DNA from: Chloropicon primus
Taxonomy: Eukaryota
Direction: 5' to 3'
Assembly (NCBI GenBank): GCA_023205875.1
Contig: CP060755.1
Coordinates: forward strand, 558,001-622,000
DNA: 64,000 bases
Shown here: piece by piece, positions 42,821 through 52,254 of the stretch
Position numbering within the stretch: position 1 is the stretch's first letter
How the letters are laid out: each line of letters opens with the position of its first letter
Made by a program: the position numbers and the translations under genes
Notes under the pieces: model-generated
Seen by the model: the letters and a program-made list of their open reading frames with translations, nothing else
Told to the model about the DNA's origin: nothing
Database searches by the model: none

Positions 42821-43996
42821 CCTCGGGCGTCCGATGCTTCGTGCAAGATTGGCCATGGAGACCCAGCACCACCCGAACTCTCCCTCCCGTGAGATGCGAG
42901 TGGTTGGAGGGAAATGAAAGAGTAACGCCTCCGCTCGTGCTTGATACTCGGGTGAGGAGGACTGCTGTTGCGGATCACGGTAATCCGGTTATCTCGGCAG
43001 GGCCAAGGCGTGACCTGCTTTGCGAACGCGCCCAAGCTTGCTTCCAAACCCCACCATGAATCATGAAGGATGAGCACCATCTCAAACTTTGAGACTCCAA
43101 AGGTGTTTTTATTTTAGGTTTTAAGGCTTTAAAAGGCGATGACTGCCGTGTTCCACAATGACTTTTCGCAGTGGGCAGCAACGACAAGAAGTTGCACAAT
43201 AGTGGCACAAAGTTGGCTTGCTTGGCTCCCTCGGAACGATTCGTAGACGACTTCTTCACCCCCGAGCGTGGTTGTGCAGAGCAACGTAGGGGAGTTTATG
43301 CTTCAAAGTTTTTCGACCTTGGAAGCACGAGTGCAGAGGCGTGTGGTCGTTTGCTTTGGGAAGGGCATCATCCTCTGCTCCAAGAAAAAGAAAGGAAAAG
43401 GCTCCCGGGGATTGGGCTTGGCGTTGTCCAGTTCGTACCCCCCGTTCAAAACACACAAGCATCAATCCTTCAAAAATACCCCAAAATCATCGTAGTTCAG
43501 TGTTTCGTTTCAATGGTCACAACAAACGAAAAGAGAAAAGCGTTGCGTGGGGCGACCAAGCGAGGGGTTGGATCGAATCGCGGATCCGGGCTCTGCCTCT
43601 GCCCCCTTCCTACCTCATGCACTCAACACACCATCATGCTTGAATAAGTGGTCGGCAGGCACTGGTTCCCTTCATCACAAAGCACAGCTGGGACAAAAGC
43701 TTTGGTGCACTTTGTCATAGAAGAAGGGAACTCCTCCAGGTTCTGTCCGTTTAGGGTGCCTGTGACCTCCTCAACGTCCTGTGTCGAATGTCACGGCGAC
43801 ACAGAGCAAGCGAGAATGAGCGTCTTGCTCGGCACATCCGCCGCCCGGGCGTGCACTCGAGGGAGACACGGCCTTGGTGCCCGCCACCAAGGCGTGTTCT
43901 CGCGGTGGTTCAGGGCGAAAGTGAAAAGGGTAGATTACATACAAAAAAACTTACAAACTTTTACAAATTATACCGAAGCACGAGCTCTCTCCTTCT

Positions 43997-44894
43997 TCAT
44001 CGCCTCGGCACGACGCAGTACCGCGCGGCTTCCGCGGCCGCTGCCGCGGCGGACGCTGCCGCGGCTGTTGCCTCAGAAACCGCGCGACTGAGGTCAACCG
44101 TGGAGTCGCCCCTCATGTACCTGCTGCCTTCCAGTTCCTTCATCCTCTCTGCTATGCCCTGCTTCTCTTCCGCCAGGAGCGCCATCTTTGAGAAGAGCTT
44201 CTTCTCCGAAGCCTTCCTGAACTTGGACTCCACCGAGTGAACCACCACCGCCGTGGCCAACGCCACTCCGATGTAGGGGCTGGCCTTCCTTACCGGGGGA
44301 GGCACCACCGCCCAGAAGTCGCTCGCACCTTTCTTCACGCTGTCAATCGTCGGCTTCAGCACGTCCACGTTCACCTTCATCTCCATGGCCGGGCCTCTGA
44401 GCTCGGCAGCCTGGGCAAGAGGAAAGAAAAAGCGAAGCGAAGCGAAACAAAAGCAAACCAGCAGAGCTTCCGCGTCAGCAGGAAGGAACGGGGAGCGTGA
44501 ATGAGGGGGACGAAGGAGGCGGCGGCTCCCGCTCCCTTACCTTCTTCTTCAGAGTGGAGCCCACATGAGCGGAGACGTCCTTCGCTGCGGACTCGAGGGA
44601 CTTCCACCACACCTTGGCCGGCGCCTTCTTCGCCGCCTTTCCTGCTGCAGAGCCCGCGGCCTCTTGCACGGTCTTCGAAACCCCAGCCGCGACGGCCTCT
44701 GCCTTGTGCGTGTTGGCCGCACCTCCACCATGTTTTGCCCCGTTCCCATTCTCTTGGATGGACTTTGCTACGGTTGTGAGAAACCTCCTGGCGTGGTGCG
44801 TCGTGACGCGGGCCCTGGCCCTCCTTGTCCTCAACGCAGACGACGCGACCCTCCGACCCGACACCTCCACCTTCTGCCACTCCGACAACTCCAT
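43997..44894 (-). CDS. Hypothetical protein, probable transit peptide, one hydrophobic segment and a coiled coil (2 exons)
   Basis: Exon1 44894-44541, GT-AG intron 44540-44411, exon2 44410-43997; the join LKKK|AAELR is in frame. Confidence 0.65.
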
Positions 44895-45188
44895 CACCTC
44901 TCCGTCCGTCTCTCTCTCTCTCTCCCTCTTTGGTCCTCGCCTCTGTCGACGACGTTTGCTCGCTCTCTGTCTCTTCCTGCAGGTTTTTTGATTTTCCTCC
45001 CTCCTCATCGATGAAGACTCGATGGATGGACGACGAGAAGATGAGGAGGAGGAGAGGGTGAGAGGGTGAGGGGAAGGGAGGCCGGGCAAGCAAGCACACA
45101 TCATCTCTTCTGCTTCTGCTTCTGCTTCTGCTTCCACTCCTCCCCCCTCCCCCCCCCTCTCTCTCTGTGTCTATAGTATTATTTGATG

Positions 45189-45193
<5 letters not shown>

Positions 45194-45227
<34 letters not shown>
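45194..45227. repeat. (CT)n microsatellite in a divergent promoter, flanked by (TTCTGC)n and (GAAT)n
   Basis: Direct read. Confidence 0.85.
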
Positions 45228-45231
<4 letters not shown>

Positions 45232-45607
45232 CGTTCGAGCCTCGATCATCATCGAGGAGATGATGGTGATGGAGGAGGAAGATAGTGAGGCAGGGCAATA
45301 CCTTTCCTCCCCCTCCCCTTCTCTCTCTCTCTCTCTCTTAAAGGGTCGGATCTCTCAAACCAAGCCTTCAGCTTTTCTCTTCCTCTCCGGGGAATGAATG
45401 AATGAATGAATGAATGATGGAGGCAAAGCAAGAAGTTCCCATCGAAAGCAAGCAATCAGGACGACATCCCTCCCTCCTCGGGTTCTACATCCCTCCCCCT
45501 CCCCCTCCACCATCTCCCTCCCTCCTCACCATCGGCGAACGAACTCGCCTTCATCAAATTTTGGATAAGCATAAGCTTTCGTCGTCGTCGTCGTTGTTGC
45601 TGTTGTG

Positions 45608-46768
45608 ATGAGGATGACGGCGTCGCAAGGGTTGGTGGTGAGGAGGAGGAATCCGGGAGCCTCGGCTAATGTCGCGGCGTCCTCGTCTTCCTCCTCTCCG
45701 TCCTCCTCGACCGGGAACGCCGCTCGCAAGCCGCCGCACCCCTCGAGGAGGACCACGGGTTTTAGCCATTGCAGGGCAACGGTCAAGGGAGACCCAGTGT
45801 CCTCGCCGTCCCTCAGTCTCGAACTCGACAAAGTTCGGGACGCTCTCATTCGGATGGAGGATAGCATCATCTTCGCTATCATAGGCAAGTTCGCGTCCTC
45901 TCCCTCGTGCTCGAAAGTCACGACATCCCAGGCACGGACGAGGAGGAACTGAACTGAACTGAGCTGACTCTCTCTCTCTCTCTCTCTCCCTCTTCTTCTC
46001 TCTTCTTCTCTCTTGTTGCTCTGGTCCGTCTGGACAACAATGTGGCGAGCAGAGAGGAGCCAGTTCCTGAAGAATGGCAAAGTGTACGAGCCTGGAGCAA
46101 TCCCGGTGCCAGGCTTCTCCAAGGAAACGGGCGAACAACAATCTATGGTGGAGTACATACTGAGGGAGACGGAGAGGCTCCACGGGTCGATCAGGAGGTA
46201 TACGTCTCCGGATGAGCACGCCTTCTACCCGAGGGACTTGCCTCCCCTGGTGCTTCCCCCGATAGAGTACCCGAGCCTCCTTCACCCTTACGCGGAGACC
46301 ATCAACATAAACGACAAGGTCATGGCCATGTACTTTGCGGACCTCCTGCCCAGGATCTGTGACGACGGTGACGACGGGAATTACGGGTCAAGCGCTCTGT
46401 GCGATATCAACTTGCTGCAGGCTCTGTCCAAGCGAGTGCACTACGGAAAGTATGTCGCGGAGTCCAAGTTCAGGGACAAGCCGGAGCTGTACGAGCCCTT
46501 GATCACCGCCAAGGATGAGGCGGGAATCATGGACCTGCTGACGGTGGAGAGCGTCGAGAGGAAGGTGGTGAGGAGGGTGAAGAACAAGGCCTGCGTGTTC
46601 GGTCAGGACATCTTGGACGTCATGGGAACGATATCGCTGACCAAGGAGGCCTTGGAGAAGAGCAAGTCCAAGGTGGAGCCCGAGAGGGTGGCGAAGCTGT
46701 ACAACGAATGGATCATGCCCCTGAACAAGCAGGTCCAGCTGGACTACCTCCTCCACAGGCTGGATTGA
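45608..46768 (+). CDS. CM1: Plastid chorismate mutase (AroQ, eukaryotic type) with a GC-AG intron 45885-46052
   Basis: LDKVRDALIRMEDSIIFAII|ERSQF, RRYTSPDEHAFYP, DDGNYGSSALCD, LQALSKRVHYGKYVAESKF, WIMPLNKQVQLDYL. Confidence 0.93.
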
Positions 46769-47052
46769 AGGGCCGCGCGAAACTGGGAAGGTGCTGTTGC
46801 GCTTGCACGAGCACTAGCATTCTGGAAGGGAAAAAGCATCTTTTATTCTCTCTGCCTTTTAATTTAGAGTCAGTCACACACCACTTCTCCCCGTGCCTGC
46901 TGCGGCCTCTCGCCCTCCAAGTCGCAAGCCGAGCAAGCGATGGTGCCCCCTTGCCAAAGTCGATCCCCCCCCTCCGGCGCCACCACACACTCTCTCCCCG
47001 TCCCATCCCACATCCCACGTCGCATCCTATCCATACGCGAAAAAGCATTCGA

Positions 47053-47424
47053 TTAGGTGGCCCTGCCCTTCTGGCACTCCGTCGTGCACCGCTTCAGGCA
47101 CTGGTCGTTCCAGGCGGGAACTTGGTGCATGTTCATGCAGACGACCCTCTGGCACGACTCCGTGCAGGAATCCGCCCGCGACACTCCGCACACCGTCACG
47201 CACGACTGTGGCGTCACATCCTTGGCAAGGCCGCCCAAACGTCTCAAGAGTCTATCCGAAGTGCACACGCGCTCGCAGACGAATGAAGGGTCCGCACCGT
47301 CGTCATCCTTGTTCCTCATCCGTCCCTCCGCGCTCCTCTTCTTCCCTTTGCTCGTCACTCCACGCAGAAGCACCACGGGCGCGAACACCGCCGCTGCTAT
47401 CCCCCATGCCGAAGGCACAACCAT
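47053..47424 (-). CDS. Small Cys-rich green-lineage conserved protein (recalled similarity to Arabidopsis At5g64816)
   Basis: N-terminal hydrophobic segment; FVCERVCTS..CVTVCGVS..CxxxCxxxxC..HQVPAWNDQCLKRCTTEC. Confidence 0.75.
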   Translation of the reverse strand: MVVPSAWGIAAAVFAPVVLLRGVTSKGKKRSAEGRMRNKDDDGADPSFVCERVCTSDRLLRRLGGLAKDVTPQSCVTVCGVSRADSCTESCQRVVCMNMHQVPAWNDQCLKRCTTECQKGRAT

Positions 47425-47589
47425 CCTCTCTCTCTCTCTCTCTGTGTCTGTGTGCCCTCACCACAACGCCGCTTCCCTCGAGCGACGAGTCCAACGAAAG
47501 ATTACGAAAAGAAGATTCCGTTCGTGTTGTCCTCTCCTCCTCCCCTTCCTCTTCACCTCCGCCCTTACCGATCGATCGATCGATCCCTC

Positions 47590-47592
<3 letters not shown>

Positions 47593-47638
<46 letters not shown>
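47593..47638. repeat. (CT)n microsatellite
   Basis: Direct read. Confidence 0.9.
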
Positions 47639-47641
<3 letters not shown>

Positions 47642-48058
47642 ATGATCGCGATCATAACGGGCCCAGCGATCGGAGGGCGACGAAGAGGACCAGGGGAAAG
47701 CGATCGCAAGTAGAGGACGCGCGAGGCAAGGGGAGCGGTAGAGGGTGCGTCAGTGACAAGGGTCTTGTCGCGAGCTTTCGGTGGATACCTTGGTCGAACG
47801 GAACGGCGCTGTGGTGAGGATTTGAAGCCGAACGACAGGCGAGGCTCAGAGAGTGACAGTGAGAGAGGACGAGGGATCGGTCGATCGAACGCGAAGGGCG
47901 AAGAAGTGAAGCAAAGGGGAGGCTGTGAGGAGGATCCGAGGACAGAAGCTCGCGTGTTGGTCTCTGTCTCTGTCTCTCTCTTTCTCTTTCTCTTTCTCTT
48001 TCTCTCTGTCGTTCCTTCTCTCTCTCGTTACGGCGTAGGTCTTTTCGCGCGAGAGAGG

Positions 48059-49939
48059 ATGGAGGACGAAGTGAAAGCACCCACGCAAGAGTCCCTGTCG
48101 AGGCAAAAGAAAGACCTGGAAGAGGTGCTTCGGCTGTGCTACCTCGGCAAGGATGAGGACATTGCTCGGCAGGCCACGGTGTGCGGAGCCACGAGGGTGC
48201 CTCTTGCGAAGGACAAGCAAGGGAGGGGAGGGCTTCACTTTGCCGCCTCGAACGGGAAGACGTCCACGGTGAGGGTGCTGATAGCGCGGTACGCTTGCGA
48301 TGCTGACGTGGAGGATGGCGATGGGAGGACGCCTCTCCACTTCGCGGCGGTTCAAGGGCACACGGAGACGGTGTCCGTCTTGTGCACCTTTGGCAGGGCT
48401 TGGGTGGACTCCAGCGACAGCCAGGACGACACGCCTCTCCACCTTGCTGCCAGGCTGGGGCACGCCTCGACGTGCTTGGAGCTTCTGGAGCAGGGGGCAT
48501 CTCCCCACGCAAGAAACAACAAGGGCTTGACACCTATAGGGGAGGCTGTTGTGGGCGGTCACGTGGAGGCCGTTTCTGCGATTGGGGACAAGGACTTTGC
48601 GTGCTTGCAGGACCGGCCGAAAAGCTTCTCCCTCCTGCACCTTGCCTGCGGCCAATCCCGGGATCTTGTCGCGTCCTATCTCCTCGGCAAGGTCCCCGGT
48701 CTTCTGAACGACACTCACAATCCTCAAAGGCTCTCGCCCCTCCACTCTAGCGTCCTTGTGAGGTCGGCCGCCTGCGTGGAGGTGCTGATCGGGGCGAAGT
48801 GTGAGGTGAACTTGCAGGACGCGAAAGGCAACACCCCGCTGGACCTCCTGAGCGAGGAGCCTTGCCTCAGTGGTGATGGATCGGGGTTGGGTGACGTGGA
48901 AGGTCAAATCAAGGAAATGCTCGTGAGAAACACTTCGTCGAGGCGTGGTTCACAGCAGCCAGGAACATTTCAGGGCAAAGGGGCACACACTCAGTTCAGA
49001 AAGGGGAGCGGGGAACCAAGGGCCGCGGGGAAGGCGAACGAGGTGCCGTTCTTGGAGCAGCTTGTGGGCGAGCTCAAGCAGTGCCAAGGGAGCTTCGAGA
49101 AACAGAGAGTCATATTGCTTGGCCTATCTCAGAAGTACTCCAATGACTTGAAAGCCTTGGAGAATTGCTTGGGTAGAGGGTACTTGGTGGTCGGCGACGA
49201 GGATAAGACGAAATCTGATCTTGTTTCTGCGATAGCGAAGAGCATAGGAGAAATGGACCGCGTCGAGAAGGCGCTCCAGGTGATGAAAACTCTCAAAGCT
49301 GCGCACGAGGATGAAGACATCCAGGACGCGTTGCGGGACTCGAAGGTGAAGAGTCAGTTGCATCTGACCAATGACAAGGAGCGCCTGAGAGATATGGTGA
49401 TGTCTGAGGATTTCGGCATCAGCAAAGAGATTCAGAACAAGCTGCATGGCTTGAGAGTCTTCTTCACTTCACGTGGCTTTACCCCCAGCGCCTTCACGAA
49501 AGAGATAGCAGTGGAGCAAGGAAAAGAGAAAGAGGTTCAGCTTCTGGATGAAGAGAGGATCAAAAAGTTGGAGGGGACCATGGACGACTTTGCGGAAACT
49601 GCTGTGAAAGCTCTTTTCAGCTTTGCGTCGGTCCAGAAAGGGGGAGAAGCCGGAACAGAAGCCGTCGTTACGCCTTCCAGTACAACAAGCGCAAATCCCA
49701 CGAGCAAAGTGGGGGACGAGCAAGATGAACCAGAAAGAAGAGGAACCACAAAGGAGGAAATATGGCAAGCTTGCAAGCGGCAAATGCTTCTTTCCCTTGT
49801 GAGCCTTGTTTGCACTTTTCTGCTCATGTGGGTGCTGAGGAGGTCTGGATCGTTTGATTTCACCCCGCAGGGGCCAGATGCACAAATCACGGGAAGTGCT
49901 GACGGGCAAGCCAGCGATTCCATGTTTGATGAACTGTAA
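48059..49939 (+). CDS. Ankyrin-repeat protein with a C-terminal transmembrane helix
   Basis: GLHFAASNGK, GRTPLHFAAVQGH, DTPLHLAARLGH, GLTPIGEA, GNTPLDL; TM LLSLVSLVCTFLLMWVL. ATG at 48059. Confidence 0.82.
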   Translation: MEDEVKAPTQESLSRQKKDLEEVLRLCYLGKDEDIARQATVCGATRVPLAKDKQGRGGLHFAASNGKTSTVRVLIARYACDADVEDGDGRTPLHFAAVQGHTETVSVLCTFGRAWVDSSDSQDDTPLHLAARLGHASTCLELLEQGASPHARNNKGLTPIGEAVVGGHVEAVSAIGDKDFACLQDRPKSFSLLHLACGQSRDLVASYLLGKVPGLLNDTHNPQRLSPLHSSVLVRSAACVEVLIGAKCEVNLQDAKGNTPLDLLSEEPCLSGDGSGLGDVEGQIKEMLVRNTSSRRGSQQPGTFQGKGAHTQFRKGSGEPRAAGKANEVPFLEQLVGELKQCQGSFEKQRVILLGLSQKYSNDLKALENCLGRGYLVVGDEDKTKSDLVSAIAKSIGEMDRVEKALQVMKTLKAAHEDEDIQDALRDSKVKSQLHLTNDKERLRDMVMSEDFGISKEIQNKLHGLRVFFTSRGFTPSAFTKEIAVEQGKEKEVQLLDEERIKKLEGTMDDFAETAVKALFSFASVQKGGEAGTEAVVTPSSTTSANPTSKVGDEQDEPERRGTTKEEIWQACKRQMLLSLVSLVCTFLLMWVLRRSGSFDFTPQGPDAQITGSADGQASDSMFDEL

Positions 49940-49996
49940 AGTGTTCCCTTCTTTCTTCAATGTACATGCACCATATACACCTAGAATTACAAACAA

Positions 49997-52072
49997 TTAG
50001 CTCATCATAGCTTTGGTGGACCTGTTCTTTCTTCCTTTAGATTCATGCTCTGCGGCAGACGGTATCTGCTTGAGAGGGCCGCTCTCGTTGCGGTTCATAC
50101 GAGAGCTCACGCCAACCTGCTGCCCTGGCGCATTTGGTGCAAGCGGGGCAACAAAGCGCGCCCTCTCCGCAGTTTCCAAAGGCCTGTGCAGTCTTTCGTA
50201 CAATTCATCTGAAGTATCTTCACTCTCCTCATCGCTCTCTTTCGCATCTTTTGCGCCTTTGCCCCCTTGCTTCGCACAAGCGGCCTTCTCGTCCTTTGCC
50301 GAAGCTTCTGCGTCAGTGCCACTAATGTCTCTCACACCAGGAGTATTGATGAACTCAACCTTCAACGGAGAGGGAACCTTGGAAGTCCCTCCCGGGGAGA
50401 CCAAGTTATCTACATCGAAGCCGGGCGAGAGGTACCCTCCGGCACCGGGCGAGAGGCACAGCCCCTCTCCGTTTGGAGCGTTCTGATTGACGCTTTGCTC
50501 GTGCTCAAACGCCAGAAGACGAGCCCCAATTCTCGTTTTGAAAATCTGCGGGTCAATGATGGGAGGCATTGTGCTCCTTGCGTGAATGATCTTCCCCTGC
50601 TTGTTTATGTTTTGCCTCGCGTAGGATATCTGGGCATGGAGAGCATGCACTTGCTTGTGCATAAGAAGAGCCTCTTCCATCAGTTCCACAAGCACATTTT
50701 CGGTGACGTCCGAGTCACCCTTCTTGTCCTCCTCCATAGGCGTTGGCAGCGCAACCACCGTGGAGTCCTTCAGGGCCTCCGAAGGTCCCAAGTGCGAGAA
50801 CACGCCAAACCACCCGGGAAACGCCTTTGCTAAACTAAACTCCCCGTTTCTCTTGCCGACTCTCCTTCTCTTCGTTTTCCTCTGTGATCCCGCGATAGCG
50901 CTGAACTTGGAGGACCCTTGGGAGCCACGTTCCGACCCCTCCCCGCTGGTGCCAGGCGCTCCAACAACAGGATTCCGAGCCTCTTCACCTGTGGCTTGAA
51001 TGCCTTTTCCCATAGCACCCAGCTTCTTCTTGTACGTCCTCTCGTCTGCTTCCAGCATCTTGATCCTTCTCTCCAACCACCTGCACCTCCACATAATTTC
51101 CTTCCTGCTCTTGTCTTCTCGCCACACTTTCCGGAACGCCGCGTCACTGGCCGCGGAGCCTTCGCCCCCCTTTGAAGGGGACGCCGCTTCCACCTGCATC
51201 GTGGCCGAAGCTTCTCTGGCCCTGCTTGTTGCGGGCAAACTCTCCACCTGCACAATGGCTGGTCTTTGCACGCCTCCTCTGGGGGCAGAACCGCGCTTCT
51301 TGCCTTCCGCCACCTCGTCCTCCGTATCAGAGAAGGAGCTCCAGCATTCGACGAGATCTGACCTTTCCACTTGCGCAACTTGCTGCTTCTGCTTCGGGGC
51401 GCCCTCGGCGTCCTTGATCATATCTTCCGTAAGGGGACTGTTCAGTGCTTGTGCGGCACACGTAGACCTAATGAAAGCAGACATGCATCTCTCCTCGGCC
51501 TTCTTAATGGCCAAGTTGTTCCTCTCAGCAGCCCTTGCTTGCTGAGCTTGCTCATCCCTCCAAGCTTCCTCGCACACTTCTGGGTTGTAGGCTCCCTCCA
51601 AGGTGACGTCGGTCACCACAGTCTGGTTCGTGTTCGTCGCCTCGGGATGCCACAGCAGGATGCTCCTCCTCCCCTCCAGCTCGTTCTCCCGCAGGACTTT
51701 CCTCAAGCACCTCTGCAAATGGCCGGCCGCCTTGTGGACCCTCGACCTCTTCTGGTTGTACGTCATCGCGTTCGAGCAGATCAGCTCCAGATCGTCCACG
51801 AACTGCCTCCATGTCTCGTACTTCCTCTCGTCGATCTTCTTCCGTATCGTGAAGAAGTCCATGGGCTTCTTTATGATCGTAAAGTAGTTGGGAGCAACCT
51901 CCTCCGTCACAGGATCGGAGAAGAACCTGCTGCTGTCGTGCTGAGCGCACCGCCTCACGATCTCAAGCAAGCACTCGGACGCGCCCTTGAAAGAGGCTCT
52001 GCCCTTCCCTCCGGACGCGGAACCCACCCCGCCGGAGGTCCCTGCCATCATGGCGGCCTCTTCCTTCGCCAT
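49997..52072 (-). CDS. Bromodomain protein with a KANSL1/MSL1-like PEHE region
   Basis: Bromodomain FFSDPVTEEVAPNYFTIIKKPMDF..CSNAMTYN; coiled coil WRCRWLERRIKMLE; C-terminal FDVDNLVSP..EFINTPGVRDI..EDTSDELYERLHRPLETAERARF. Confidence 0.85.
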   Translation of the reverse strand: MAKEEAAMMAGTSGGVGSASGGKGRASFKGASECLLEIVRRCAQHDSSRFFSDPVTEEVAPNYFTIIKKPMDFFTIRKKIDERKYETWRQFVDDLELICSNAMTYNQKRSRVHKAAGHLQRCLRKVLRENELEGRRSILLWHPEATNTNQTVVTDVTLEGAYNPEVCEEAWRDEQAQQARAAERNNLAIKKAEERCMSAFIRSTCAAQALNSPLTEDMIKDAEGAPKQKQQVAQVERSDLVECWSSFSDTEDEVAEGKKRGSAPRGGVQRPAIVQVESLPATSRAREASATMQVEAASPSKGGEGSAASDAAFRKVWREDKSRKEIMWRCRWLERRIKMLEADERTYKKKLGAMGKGIQATGEEARNPVVGAPGTSGEGSERGSQGSSKFSAIAGSQRKTKRRRVGKRNGEFSLAKAFPGWFGVFSHLGPSEALKDSTVVALPTPMEEDKKGDSDVTENVLVELMEEALLMHKQVHALHAQISYARQNINKQGKIIHARSTMPPIIDPQIFKTRIGARLLAFEHEQSVNQNAPNGEGLCLSPGAGGYLSPGFDVDNLVSPGGTSKVPSPLKVEFINTPGVRDISGTDAEASAKDEKAACAKQGGKGAKDAKESDEESEDTSDELYERLHRPLETAERARFVAPLAPNAPGQQVGVSSRMNRNESGPLKQIPSAAEHESKGRKNRSTKAMMS

Positions 52073-52254
52073 AATCGCTAGGGTTCGCTGCGCCTCGCCT
52101 TCCGGGTCCAGATCAAAAAAACGAAAACGCCTGAGAGGGGGAGGAGGGGGGTTGGGCGATCACCACCAATGGATGGATGATTAATGGATGGATGACAGTC
52201 TGCGTATAATAATCGAGGGCCCGTGTATAGGGGCCGCTGAAAGCATAGCCTCTC

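Noticed and set aside
43108..43125. TTTTAGGTTTT as a possible telomerase RNA template or interstitial telomere
   Set aside because: Only 11 nt, no recognisable promoter or structure, and the host telomere motif is unknown; expected by chance in an AT-rich patch.
43171..43647. 158-aa ORF with FDLGS..GRL, suggesting a methyltransferase relic
   Set aside because: No ATG start, atypical codon usage and no further motifs.
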